A model generated the notes under the pieces. It made no database searches and had not been told where the DNA came from. It saw nothing but the letters and a program-made list of their open reading frames with translations. Both the position numbers and the translations under genes were made by a program. 15,422 nt of DNA from Hadesarchaea archaeon. GTDB taxonomy: Archaea; Hadarchaeota; Hadarchaeia; Hadarchaeales; Hadarchaeaceae. Positions 1 to 7,185 of the stretch are shown in pieces. The stretch lies in the NCBI GenBank assembly GCA_030619825.1, contig JAUXAS010000014.1, positions 1-15,422 on the forward strand, in the 5' to 3' direction. Positions within the stretch are counted from its first letter, which is position 1. The number at the start of each line of letters is the position of its first letter.

Positions 1-345
1 CCGTTCACCGAGAAAGTTTTGGATCAGGACGCGCTTGCCCTCGACTTTTATCGTGATCGGAAAGTGTGAGTAAACCACACGAAGTTTGTAGGCGAAACCC
101 GTAGTGACACCCTTGAACATGTTGGCCAGACAGGCCCGGATTATGCCGACCGCAGCTCGATGTTTTCGACGCTGGAATAGGGCTTCGACCAAAATTTTTT
201 GCCCCTCCTTTTTCAGCTCGACCCCGGGAACATCGAATTTATATGCGAGCTTACCCTTCGGTCCACTAGCTTCGATTATTTTGCCCGAGAGTTTGACCTC
301 TACGCCTTCGGGCACTTCTACCTCTTCTCTGATTTTTGCTGCCAT
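1..345 (-). CDS. rpl6: 50S ribosomal protein L6 (uL6), 3'-truncated by the window edge
   Basis: Not in the ORF track. Manual translation from ATG at 345: MAAKIREEVEVPEGVEVKLSGKIIEASGPKGKL...NMFKGVTTGFAYKLRVVYSHFPITIKVEGKRVLIQNFLGER, typical archaeal L6. GGTG SD upstream; follows S8. Confidence 0.95.
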   Translation of the reverse strand, partial: MAAKIREEVEVPEGVEVKLSGKIIEASGPKGKLAYKFDVPGVELKKEGQKILVEALFQRRKHRAAVGIIRACLANMFKGVTTGFAYKLRVVYSHFPITIKVEGKRVLIQNFLGER

Positions 346-443
346 TTTGGACACCATTACTATTCAGCGTTCCCTTGGTCTTTCATAACATTTTAGGTCA
401 CTTGACTTTAAGGTTTAGAGCGTGATGGTTTTTGATAGATTAG

Positions 444-833
444 CTAGTAAACGTACGTCAAGAGTCGCCCGCCCAAACCCTGCTCTTCAGCCTGTCGGTG
501 AGATATTACTCCTCGCTGGGTAGAGACCAAGAGCAAGCCGAACCCGGCCGCGGGCAGGTACCGCTTCTCCCAAGGCTCGTAACTGTCGCGCTTCACGGCG
601 TATCGGGGCTTTATCACCCCGCACCCGTTGATCTTACCCTGTAGCGCGACCCTGAACTTCCCCCCGCGGCCATCATCGATGAACTCAAACTCACCTATGA
701 AACCTTCCTGCTGCATGATGCGCAACACCTCGCTGATCAACTTCGACGCGGGGGCAACCACCGCTTCACGCTTTCGAGCACGTTCGTAGTTTTCAATTTT
801 TGAAAGCGCGTTCGCTAGAGGGTCTAACAGCAT
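444..833 (-). CDS. rps8: 30S ribosomal protein S8 (uS8)
   Basis: [17 protein letters not shown]...[14 protein letters not shown]...CGVIKPRY...[17 protein letters not shown]. Start moved to ATG 833, which has a GGTGA SD; the track's extension to 938 overlaps S14. Confidence 0.96.
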   Translation of the reverse strand: MLLDPLANALSKIENYERARKREAVVAPASKLISEVLRIMQQEGFIGEFEFIDDGRGGKFRVALQGKINGCGVIKPRYAVKRDSYEPWEKRYLPAAGFGLLLVSTQRGVISHRQAEEQGLGGRLLTYVY

Positions 834-837
834 CTGC

Positions 838-984
838 TCACCCATATTTTTTGAACCCCATCTTTGGCGCCAGTTCGCGGAAGCAGCGTCGACACAAGGA
901 GAGCCCGTAGCGCTGATAGACGTGCCCGTAGCTGCCACACCGGATGCACTTGTGGGCTCCCTTGCCGAACTTCCGCTTTGGCAT
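838..984 (-). CDS. rps14: 30S ribosomal protein S14 (uS14, zinc-binding type)
   Basis: Not in the ORF track (48 aa). Manual translation [48 protein letters not shown], with CxxC...CRRC. TGATG overlap with the L5 stop. Confidence 0.96.
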   Translation of the reverse strand: MPKRKFGKGAHKCIRCGSYGHVYQRYGLSLCRRCFRELAPKMGFKKYG

Positions 985-1490
985 CAAACCACCTGAACTC
1001 CAAATTTTTCGGTGATGAAACTTATCGCTTCCTCTTTGGTAACCCGATGGCTTTTCGGTATTGCCTTGGGTTGGCGTCGCCTGCGCCTAGTCCGATACCC
1101 GGGCCGGCGGAGCGTCGTGCATACATCCATCCCGAAGAGGCCTACCTCGGGATCGTAGGAGACCCCCGGGATATCGATGTGTTCCTTGATGCCGAAAGCG
1201 AAGTTGCCCCCGTCGTCGAAACAATCTTTATTGAGGCTGCGCTCGACTGCATCAAACAACCGCTTCAGTGATTTTACCGCCTCCTCGTCGCGCAGCGTGA
1301 CCTTACAGCCCACGGATTCGCCCTGCTTTATCCCCCACTCCCTTATCGTCTGTTTCGCCTGCGTTCGTGCTGGTTTTCGCCCCGTGATACCCTTCAGCAC
1401 TCGCTCGGCATTCGCAAGCTTGTCGCCGCCCTTGCCGACTCCTATATTGAGGGTAACTTTCTCAATCTTGATCTCACGCATCGGGTTCAT
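984..1490 (-). CDS. rpl5: 50S ribosomal protein L5 (uL5)
   Basis: [19 protein letters not shown]...GCKVTLR...[29 protein letters not shown]. Confidence 0.97.
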   Translation of the reverse strand: MNPMREIKIEKVTLNIGVGKGGDKLANAERVLKGITGRKPARTQAKQTIREWGIKQGESVGCKVTLRDEEAVKSLKRLFDAVERSLNKDCFDDGGNFAFGIKEHIDIPGVSYDPEVGLFGMDVCTTLRRPGYRTRRRRRQPKAIPKSHRVTKEEAISFITEKFGVQVV

Positions 1491-2218
1491 GCCGCCGCCT
1501 CCTGTAGCGAGAGAGCTGGCTTTTCCTTCCCGACGACGAATACGTAATGTTCGGGAGCTTGGAAAGTTTCGCCGCCAGCCTCGAGGGTCACGATGTTTGG
1601 CTGCGCGCCCTCGACCAGCTTGACATCGGTTATGGTGCCAACCCTGCCCACGTTTTTCCCACCCGTGATCAATGCCGTGGCCCCCTTCTCGAACGGAAAT
1701 CGCTCGAGTACCTTGAGCTCGGGCAAGGCAAGCTTTACTCCATCACCCGGCTTGAATTCATCAAAATCGCCGACGAGCGTCTTGCCGTCATGAAAGGAGA
1801 GCTGAACCCGCTTGCCCCGCACGATGTCCTTACGCATGACCTTGCAAAGTTTCGAAGATGTTTCGGCTTGATCTATTCCGCGGGGGGTCAAACGCCCCCG
1901 GTGGTCCAAGAGCACGCGATAGTTTCGGTTCAAGGCCGGCAGTTGCACGACATCCATCAGGCCTGTTGGGAATTTGGGGCTTCGTCTCACCCTACCGTCC
2001 ACAAGCACTTGCCCTCCCGTGAGAATTCTGTCTGCTTCCCGAGCGGTTCGGGCGAGCGAGAGGTAATCCCTCAGGAGCAGCCGGAGCGGCAGGGCGCCCT
2101 CGCGAGGATGAGGTCCGGGTGAGGGCTTCACCATCCAAGGGAGTGACTTGCGCGGAAGCCTCAGTGCCCGCGGCGCCGCGTAGCGTTTCAGATGCCTACT
2201 TTGTCCTTTCTTTGCCAC
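1487..2218 (-). CDS. rps4e: 30S ribosomal protein S4e (eS4)
   Basis: HLKRYAAP...PSPGPH...LPLRLLLRDYL...VLVDGRVR...TGLMDVV...ITGGKNVGRVG. Probable GTG start at 2218 after a GGAGGT SD. Confidence 0.95.
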   Translation of the reverse strand: MAKKGQSRHLKRYAAPRALRLPRKSLPWMVKPSPGPHPREGALPLRLLLRDYLSLARTAREADRILTGGQVLVDGRVRRSPKFPTGLMDVVQLPALNRNYRVLLDHRGRLTPRGIDQAETSSKLCKVMRKDIVRGKRVQLSFHDGKTLVGDFDEFKPGDGVKLALPELKVLERFPFEKGATALITGGKNVGRVGTITDVKLVEGAQPNIVTLEAGGETFQAPEHYVFVVGKEKPALSLQEAAA

Positions 2219-2573
2219 CTTTTGACCTCCTCTCAAGCACCCTGTCGCGTTTCTTGTCTGCGGCGAGCTTTATCAGCATGACGTTTGAAGGCACGGCCGG
2301 CACGGGGACCTGGGTTCCATCGGCTTTCGTCGTCGTCGCCCCTTGAATTTGAATGCGACGACGCTTGGTGTTAACCTCGAGCACGTCGCCCTCGAGCCTC
2401 TTGAAGTCACCACGCATTATCCGCACCCTATCCCCCTTCCGCACGGGCAGGGAACGCGTTCGGTACTTTCCCCGAAGCTCGCGGCTCAGGGGTGCGGAAA
2501 GGAATCGGTGCCTCCGGTGCAAGGGCGCGGCATAGAGCGCCAAGTGCTGTTTTCTGGGTTGTTTGCTAACCAT
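2196..2573 (-). CDS. rpl24: 50S ribosomal protein L24 (uL24)
   Basis: SKQPRKQ...APLH...LSRELRGKY..RSLPVRKGDRVRIMRGDFK (KOW motif)...PSNVMLIKL. Confidence 0.96.
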   Translation of the reverse strand: MVSKQPRKQHLALYAAPLHRRHRFLSAPLSRELRGKYRTRSLPVRKGDRVRIMRGDFKRLEGDVLEVNTKRRRIQIQGATTTKADGTQVPVPAVPSNVMLIKLAADKKRDRVLERRSKGGKERTK

Positions 2574-2576
2574 TTT

Positions 2577-3002
2577 TTACACCACGGTGGATGCTATCCC
2601 AGCGACTCTCGGCCACCGCTCGGCAGCCTCGCGGGCCATGGGACCCTTTATTTCTGATCCGCGGGGGGCCCCCTCGGGGGTTATCAGGGCGGCCGCGTTG
2701 TCATCAAATTTTATGCGCATGCCATCGGTGCGACGGTACTCCTTGCGCTGTCGGATAACGATCGCGCGGACGATCTGCTTTCGAAGCTCGGGCTTGCCCT
2801 TTTTTACTGAGGCGACGATATGATCGCCCACACCGGCCTTGGCCAGGCGCCTGCGCCTGCCATGATAACCGGCGACGCTCACAATCTGCAGCTCCTTGGC
2901 CCCCGTGTTGTCAGCGCAGACGAGTCGCGCCCCAATCGGTAGTGCCCGTGTGGGCGCCACCGCGGCCACACCTATCGAAATGCCGATACCTTTCTTTCCC
3001 AT
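2577..3002 (-). CDS. rpl14: 50S ribosomal protein L14 (uL14)
   Basis: [10 protein letters not shown]...AGVGD...[12 protein letters not shown]...[19 protein letters not shown]...[17 protein letters not shown]. Confidence 0.97.
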   Translation of the reverse strand: MGKKGIGISIGVAAVAPTRALPIGARLVCADNTGAKELQIVSVAGYHGRRRRLAKAGVGDHIVASVKKGKPELRKQIVRAIVIRQRKEYRRTDGMRIKFDDNAAALITPEGAPRGSEIKGPMAREAAERWPRVAGIASTVV

Positions 3003-3050
3003 GCTAAGCCCCCAGCTTCTGCGCGACGACGAACGATTTGATCTTGCTCA
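3003..3050 (-). repeat. Direct repeat, downstream copy: displaced, degenerate 3' end of rps17 (att-like)
   Basis: gctaagcccccagcttctgcgcgacgacgaacgatttgatcttgctca matches 8448-8495 at 44/48. On the minus strand it reads (L)[14 protein letters not shown] versus S17 [15 protein letters not shown]. It abuts the L14 ATG (TAG-C-ATG). Confidence 0.95.
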
Positions 3051-3095
3051 AACTATCGGTCAAGTTATCCCACCATTCCCTATTGGGAGGTACTG

Positions 3096-3115
3096 ATATT
3101 TAATTAAGGATTTCG
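3096..3115 (-). promoter_or_regulatory. Putative BRE/TATA promoter for L14 and downstream genes
   Basis: Minus strand CGAAATCC-TTAATTAAATAT in the AT-rich spacer about 100 nt upstream of the L14 ATG. Confidence 0.45.
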
Positions 3116-3132
3116 AATGGTTCTGCGGGTGG

Positions 3133-3159
3133 CCAAGGCAAGCAACATTTCAGCCTTGG
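3133..3159. other. Stem-loop just downstream of the glycerate kinase stop (possible 3' end or processing signal)
   Basis: CCAAGGC-N13-GCCTTGG, a perfect 7-bp stem; no clear U-tract. Confidence 0.3.
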
Positions 3160-3163
3160 GACA

Positions 3164-4543
3164 TCAAGTCAGAATCAAGCATGCTATATCCATAACATTT
3201 GTTCTAGTAGGTCCTGTTATCAAGAGGTCCCCAATCTCTTTAAAGAAGCTGTGAGAGTCATTTCGCTCGAGATGAAGCACGGGATCGAGTTTAAGGTGCC
3301 TCGCCTTTTCAAGGGTGAAGCTATCCGCGACAGCTCCGGCAGCATCGGTAGGGCCGTCTATGCCGTCCGTGCTGAAGGAGGCTACGGTCGCGTTTCCCAA
3401 GCCCGATATCCCGATTGCGGCACTGAGCACGAGTTCCTGATTGCGCCCGCCTATACCCTCTCCTTTTACCGTCACCGTCGTCTCCCCTCCGGAAATCAGG
3501 AGCGCGGGCCTTGATACAGGCTTGCTTGCTTCTATCACACCTTTCGCAATAGTGGCAAGATGTGCGCCGACCTCCCTCGCTTCGCCCTGCATGGTTGTCG
3601 TGAGTATCGAAACGTTAAAGCCATGAGATTTTCCGACCTCCATAGCTGCTCTGATCGCGTCCGCATTACTCGCTATGATCTCATAGAATGTGTTCAGAAA
3701 ATATTTCCCCCCGGGTTTTGGTGTTTCGGGCACCTTTTCTTCTGCCCCCTTTTTTAAGTGTTTTAAAATGTTTTTCGGCGCCTTCTCAATGAGCCCATAT
3801 TTCTCGATTACTGCCAGTGCATCTGAAAATGTCATCGGATCAGGATAGGTCGGGCCGCTCGCGATGGTATCCAACCTATCCCCGACCACATCCGAGATGA
3901 GCAGGGTGATGACTCTCGCGGGATGGGCTGCTTTGGCCAGCTGGCCGCCCTTTATCCTAGAAAGGTGTTTCCTGACGGCATTCACCTCTTGGATCATCGC
4001 CCCGCTTTTGAGGAGCAATTGGGTTGTTTCCCGCAATTCATCGAGAGAAATCCCCTCCGCAGGGAGAGTGATAAGGGCCGAGCCGCCCCCGCTCAAGAGA
4101 CACACGACGAGGTCCTGAGGCTCGAGGTCGCTAACGAGATTGATCATCTCTTCAGCGCCCTTTACTCCCGCTCTAGTGGGGAGGGGGTGGCCAGCTTCGA
4201 CGAGCTTGATCTTTCTCGTTCGATATACCGATGCCGTGCCCTCGGGGACGTTGACCACGCCGCTCGTGATCCTGTCTCCAAATATCTCCTCAAACACTTC
4301 AGCCATATTCCCGCTCGCCTTCCCACCCCCCACCACGATGATCTTTCCAACCTCTGAAAGGTCAAGCTCGTAAGTTCCAATTTTCAGGCATTCCCCATCG
4401 ATTCTCACCCGACTCCGCATTTTGGAAGAGGGATCGGCGGATTCGATCGCCTTGTTTACAAGCTCGATGAGGATTTGCCTCGCTCGCCGAAGTTCAGGGG
4501 TTTTGGCGTTGTCGAGCAATTGCTTCTCGTTTTTAATCGACAT
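3164..4543 (-). CDS. Glycerate 2-kinase, MOFRL/TtuD (class II glycerate kinase) family
   Basis: Motifs VVGGGKA, EAGHPLP, LLSGGGSAL, NAVRKHLSRIKGG, ISDVVGD...IASGPT, SGGETTV, GGRNQE, TDGIDGPTDAAGA, TGPTRTNVMD. Confidence 0.93.
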   Translation of the reverse strand: MSIKNEKQLLDNAKTPELRRARQILIELVNKAIESADPSSKMRSRVRIDGECLKIGTYELDLSEVGKIIVVGGGKASGNMAEVFEEIFGDRITSGVVNVPEGTASVYRTRKIKLVEAGHPLPTRAGVKGAEEMINLVSDLEPQDLVVCLLSGGGSALITLPAEGISLDELRETTQLLLKSGAMIQEVNAVRKHLSRIKGGQLAKAAHPARVITLLISDVVGDRLDTIASGPTYPDPMTFSDALAVIEKYGLIEKAPKNILKHLKKGAEEKVPETPKPGGKYFLNTFYEIIASNADAIRAAMEVGKSHGFNVSILTTTMQGEAREVGAHLATIAKGVIEASKPVSRPALLISGGETTVTVKGEGIGGRNQELVLSAAIGISGLGNATVASFSTDGIDGPTDAAGAVADSFTLEKARHLKLDPVLHLERNDSHSFFKEIGDLLITGPTRTNVMDIACLILT

Positions 4544-4632
4544 CTGCTCACACTTGCAATATTTGAGCTAAGTTAAATAGAAATGAGGTGTTGATGAAAT
4601 GAGAAATTTCTTAAACGAACAGATTTTCCTTA

Positions 4633-6183
4633 CTACCTTGGTTGGATCCCTATCTTTGGTTTCTTGAAAATTTTTTCATCTATGACTTTAAGTTCGCTCG
4701 AGACGGTTGGAGAAAAATCCATTTTATTGAGGATATCCCTTTCCAAATCGACTCCAGGCGCGATTTCCTCTAACACGAGGCCGTTTTTACCGAGCCTGAA
4801 AACGGCCCTCTCGGTGATGTATAAAACTTCCTTTCCGAGCTTCCTCGCGTACTCGCCGCTGAACGTGATGTGCTCTACGTTTTTCACAAATTTCTTGACC
4901 GATCCATCTTGCAAAATTTTCAATCTCCCACCACCGACTTCTATTTGAAGGCCCTTCGCGGTTAAGGTCCCGCAAAAGACGACTTTTTTGGCATTCTGAG
5001 TGATATCGATAAAACCACCACAACCTGCGAACCTCCCACCAAATTTGCTCACGTTGACATTTCCCTTTTCGTCAACTTGGGCCATACCCAAAAAGCTCAA
5101 GTCCAGTCCTCCCCCCTGATAGAAATCGAATTGATATGGTTGATCGATGAGCGCTTCGTAGTTTATTCCAACCCCGAAATCCAAACCAGAAAGGGGGACA
5201 CCACCTATCACACCTGACTCGACCGTCAGCGTGAATTTTTCGTAAACGTTTTCCTCAATTGCGACATTGGCGACCTCTGTTGCCATCCCGATACCAAGAT
5301 TTATAATATCTCCGGATTTTATTTCCATAGCCGCCCTCCTCCCAATGACTTTTCTCTCGTTGAGCGGCCTAGGTTCAACCTTAGAGGGAGGAATTATCGT
5401 TTCGCCGCTGATCGCTGGATTATAAGATTCACGAACAGTTTGCCACCCGTACTCGGGTTTCGAAGCTACTACAACGTAGTCTACGAGAATACCCGGAATT
5501 TCAACCTTCCTGCTTGGTAGGGATTTAGTAACCTTTTCCACTTGAACGGCCACGGTCCCTCCGCAATTTTTTGTCGCTTGAGCTATGGATAGGTTTTCTA
5601 GGGTCACCCCTTCCTTTTCCATCGATATGTTGCCCTTTTCATCCGAAGTTGTTCCGCGGATTAAAGCAAAATCTACGGGGAAAGTTTTGTAACTCAGATA
5701 TTCTTTGCCATCGATCTCGATCAGTTTGACCATATCTTCCTCTTTCTTGGTGATATCGTTTACTTTACCTCCTTCGACTCGAGGATCTACAAACGTGTAC
5801 AAACCTGTGTGCGTTATCAGATATGGCCTCTTTGCGGCAATATCCCTAAATAATTGAGAAATCACACCTTGTGGAAAGCAGTAGGCGATAACTTTGTTAT
5901 TCATTATCAGTTCACTTGTCAACGGGGCTTTTCCGGAATGAGTAAATATCAATTTTTTAATAAGATGTTCAATACCCAGGAGATCGAATCCCACTTCTTT
6001 TCCCCCGGACTGGCCCGCAGGCTGAACGATCGTCAGATCTCTCGGTTTACCCGTTTTGAGAAATCTGTTCCTTAATGCGTAAAAGAGTTCAAATGGAAGA
6101 TTAGTCGTTGTGAAACCGCCAGTCGCAACTGTATCTCCATCCTTTATGTGATTAATTGCTTCCTCGGCCGTCGCTACCTTCAT
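4633..6183 (-). CDS. Family I acyl-CoA:carboxylate CoA-transferase, fused alpha/beta (YdiF / propionate CoA-transferase type)
   Basis: IKDGDTVATGGF, PQGVISQLFRDIAA, GLYTFVDPR, INLGIGM, TVESG (catalytic Glu motif), QFDFYQGGGLD, NVNVSKFG, YITERAVF, EIAPGVDLERDIL. Confidence 0.92.
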   Translation of the reverse strand: MKVATAEEAINHIKDGDTVATGGFTTTNLPFELFYALRNRFLKTGKPRDLTIVQPAGQSGGKEVGFDLLGIEHLIKKLIFTHSGKAPLTSELIMNNKVIAYCFPQGVISQLFRDIAAKRPYLITHTGLYTFVDPRVEGGKVNDITKKEEDMVKLIEIDGKEYLSYKTFPVDFALIRGTTSDEKGNISMEKEGVTLENLSIAQATKNCGGTVAVQVEKVTKSLPSRKVEIPGILVDYVVVASKPEYGWQTVRESYNPAISGETIIPPSKVEPRPLNERKVIGRRAAMEIKSGDIINLGIGMATEVANVAIEENVYEKFTLTVESGVIGGVPLSGLDFGVGINYEALIDQPYQFDFYQGGGLDLSFLGMAQVDEKGNVNVSKFGGRFAGCGGFIDITQNAKKVVFCGTLTAKGLQIEVGGGRLKILQDGSVKKFVKNVEHITFSGEYARKLGKEVLYITERAVFRLGKNGLVLEEIAPGVDLERDILNKMDFSPTVSSELKVIDEKIFKKPKIGIQPR

Positions 6184-6217
6184 CTTCGACCCCGAATCTT
6201 ACCTTTTTGCTATTTTT

Positions 6218-7183
6218 CTAAACGTATTCTCCGGCACTTATGTTTATCAACTGTCCGGTTATGTAACTCCCTTCGGTCGCCAAAAACGCTACCAACTTCG
6301 CGACTTCCTCCGGTTCCCCTCTCCTACCAAGCGGAATTTTTGATAACCTATCACGGAGCATGCCCTGGGGCATGGCATCGGTCATCCTAGTTTTTATGCA
6401 ACCGGGTAATACTGCATTGCAAAGTATGTTGTACTGCGCATACTCCAGCGCGACCGTCTTTGTAAGTGAATTTACCCCTCCTTTCGCTGCCGCATAGTTT
6501 GCCTGCCCCGTGGCTCCATCGATGGCGCTCATGGAGCTTACGTTTACTATATTTCCCCCGCCCTGCTGGATCATGTAAGGTAGCACTGCCCTAGTGCAGT
6601 TATAAGTTCCAGTCAGATCTACATCGATGACCCTTTGCCACTGCTCTGGAGCCATGTTGACGAGAAGCTTATCTATGTTCATGCCGGCATTATTCACCAA
6701 AACGTCCACTCTGCCCAACTTCTCCACGATTTCCTTCACCATCTTCTCGACTTCCTCGTATTTTGAGACATCGCCCTTGATGAAGATCGCCTCCCTGCCG
6801 CCTTTTTTGATTTCCTCCATAGCTTTCACTCCTTCATCCGGCAAGTCGTGAAAGGCATTCATTACGATGTTAAAACCTCTTTTGGCCAACTCCAAAGCTA
6901 TCGCTTTGCCTATCCCCCTGCTAGCACCCGTAATTAACGCGACTTTGCTGACCTCCTTTTTCTCCTTTATCTCAGGAACGAAGAAGTTGAATTCCCCATA
7001 GTCTGTTACCCTCTTCTCGATTCTCCCCTCCATCCCTACCTTCAAAATGTTGTAGTGCTCATCCTCTATCCTGACCAACTGACGTTTTCCTTTCTCGTCT
7101 TCAACGATTCCGGATTTCGTGGACTTTTTATAAGGAGGCGTTGGGACGGTCACATCCGTATAACTGATTAATTTTACCTTCAT
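6218..7183 (-). CDS. FabG/PhaB-like 3-oxoacyl-CoA reductase (SDR) with a ~75-aa N-terminal extension resembling a DUF35 OB-fold
   Basis: SDR motifs TGASRGIG, LVNNAG, NVSS, GQANYAAAK, PGCIKTRMT, IPLGRRGEPEEVA. Extension KLISYTDVTVPTPPY...GIVEDEKGKRQLVRI...LKVGMEGRIE. The ATG lies 2 nt after the thiolase stop with a GAGGT SD. The OB-fold call is less certain than the SDR call. Confidence 0.88.
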   Translation of the reverse strand: MKVKLISYTDVTVPTPPYKKSTKSGIVEDEKGKRQLVRIEDEHYNILKVGMEGRIEKRVTDYGEFNFFVPEIKEKKEVSKVALITGASRGIGKAIALELAKRGFNIVMNAFHDLPDEGVKAMEEIKKGGREAIFIKGDVSKYEEVEKMVKEIVEKLGRVDVLVNNAGMNIDKLLVNMAPEQWQRVIDVDLTGTYNCTRAVLPYMIQQGGGNIVNVSSMSAIDGATGQANYAAAKGGVNSLTKTVALEYAQYNILCNAVLPGCIKTRMTDAMPQGMLRDRLSKIPLGRRGEPEEVAKLVAFLATEGSYITGQLINISAGEYV

Positions 7184-7185
7184 CT

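Noticed and set aside
834..938. Apparent N-terminal extension of S8, and similar ones for S4e, L29 and L23 in the ORF track
   Set aside because: Longest-ORF artefacts. They overlap the upstream genes, and downstream starts match the family N-termini.
4541..4551. 11-bp match (GTGAGCAGATG on the minus strand) between the glycerate kinase start and the S8 start (831-841)
   Set aside because: Mostly SD plus start codon; too short to imply duplication.
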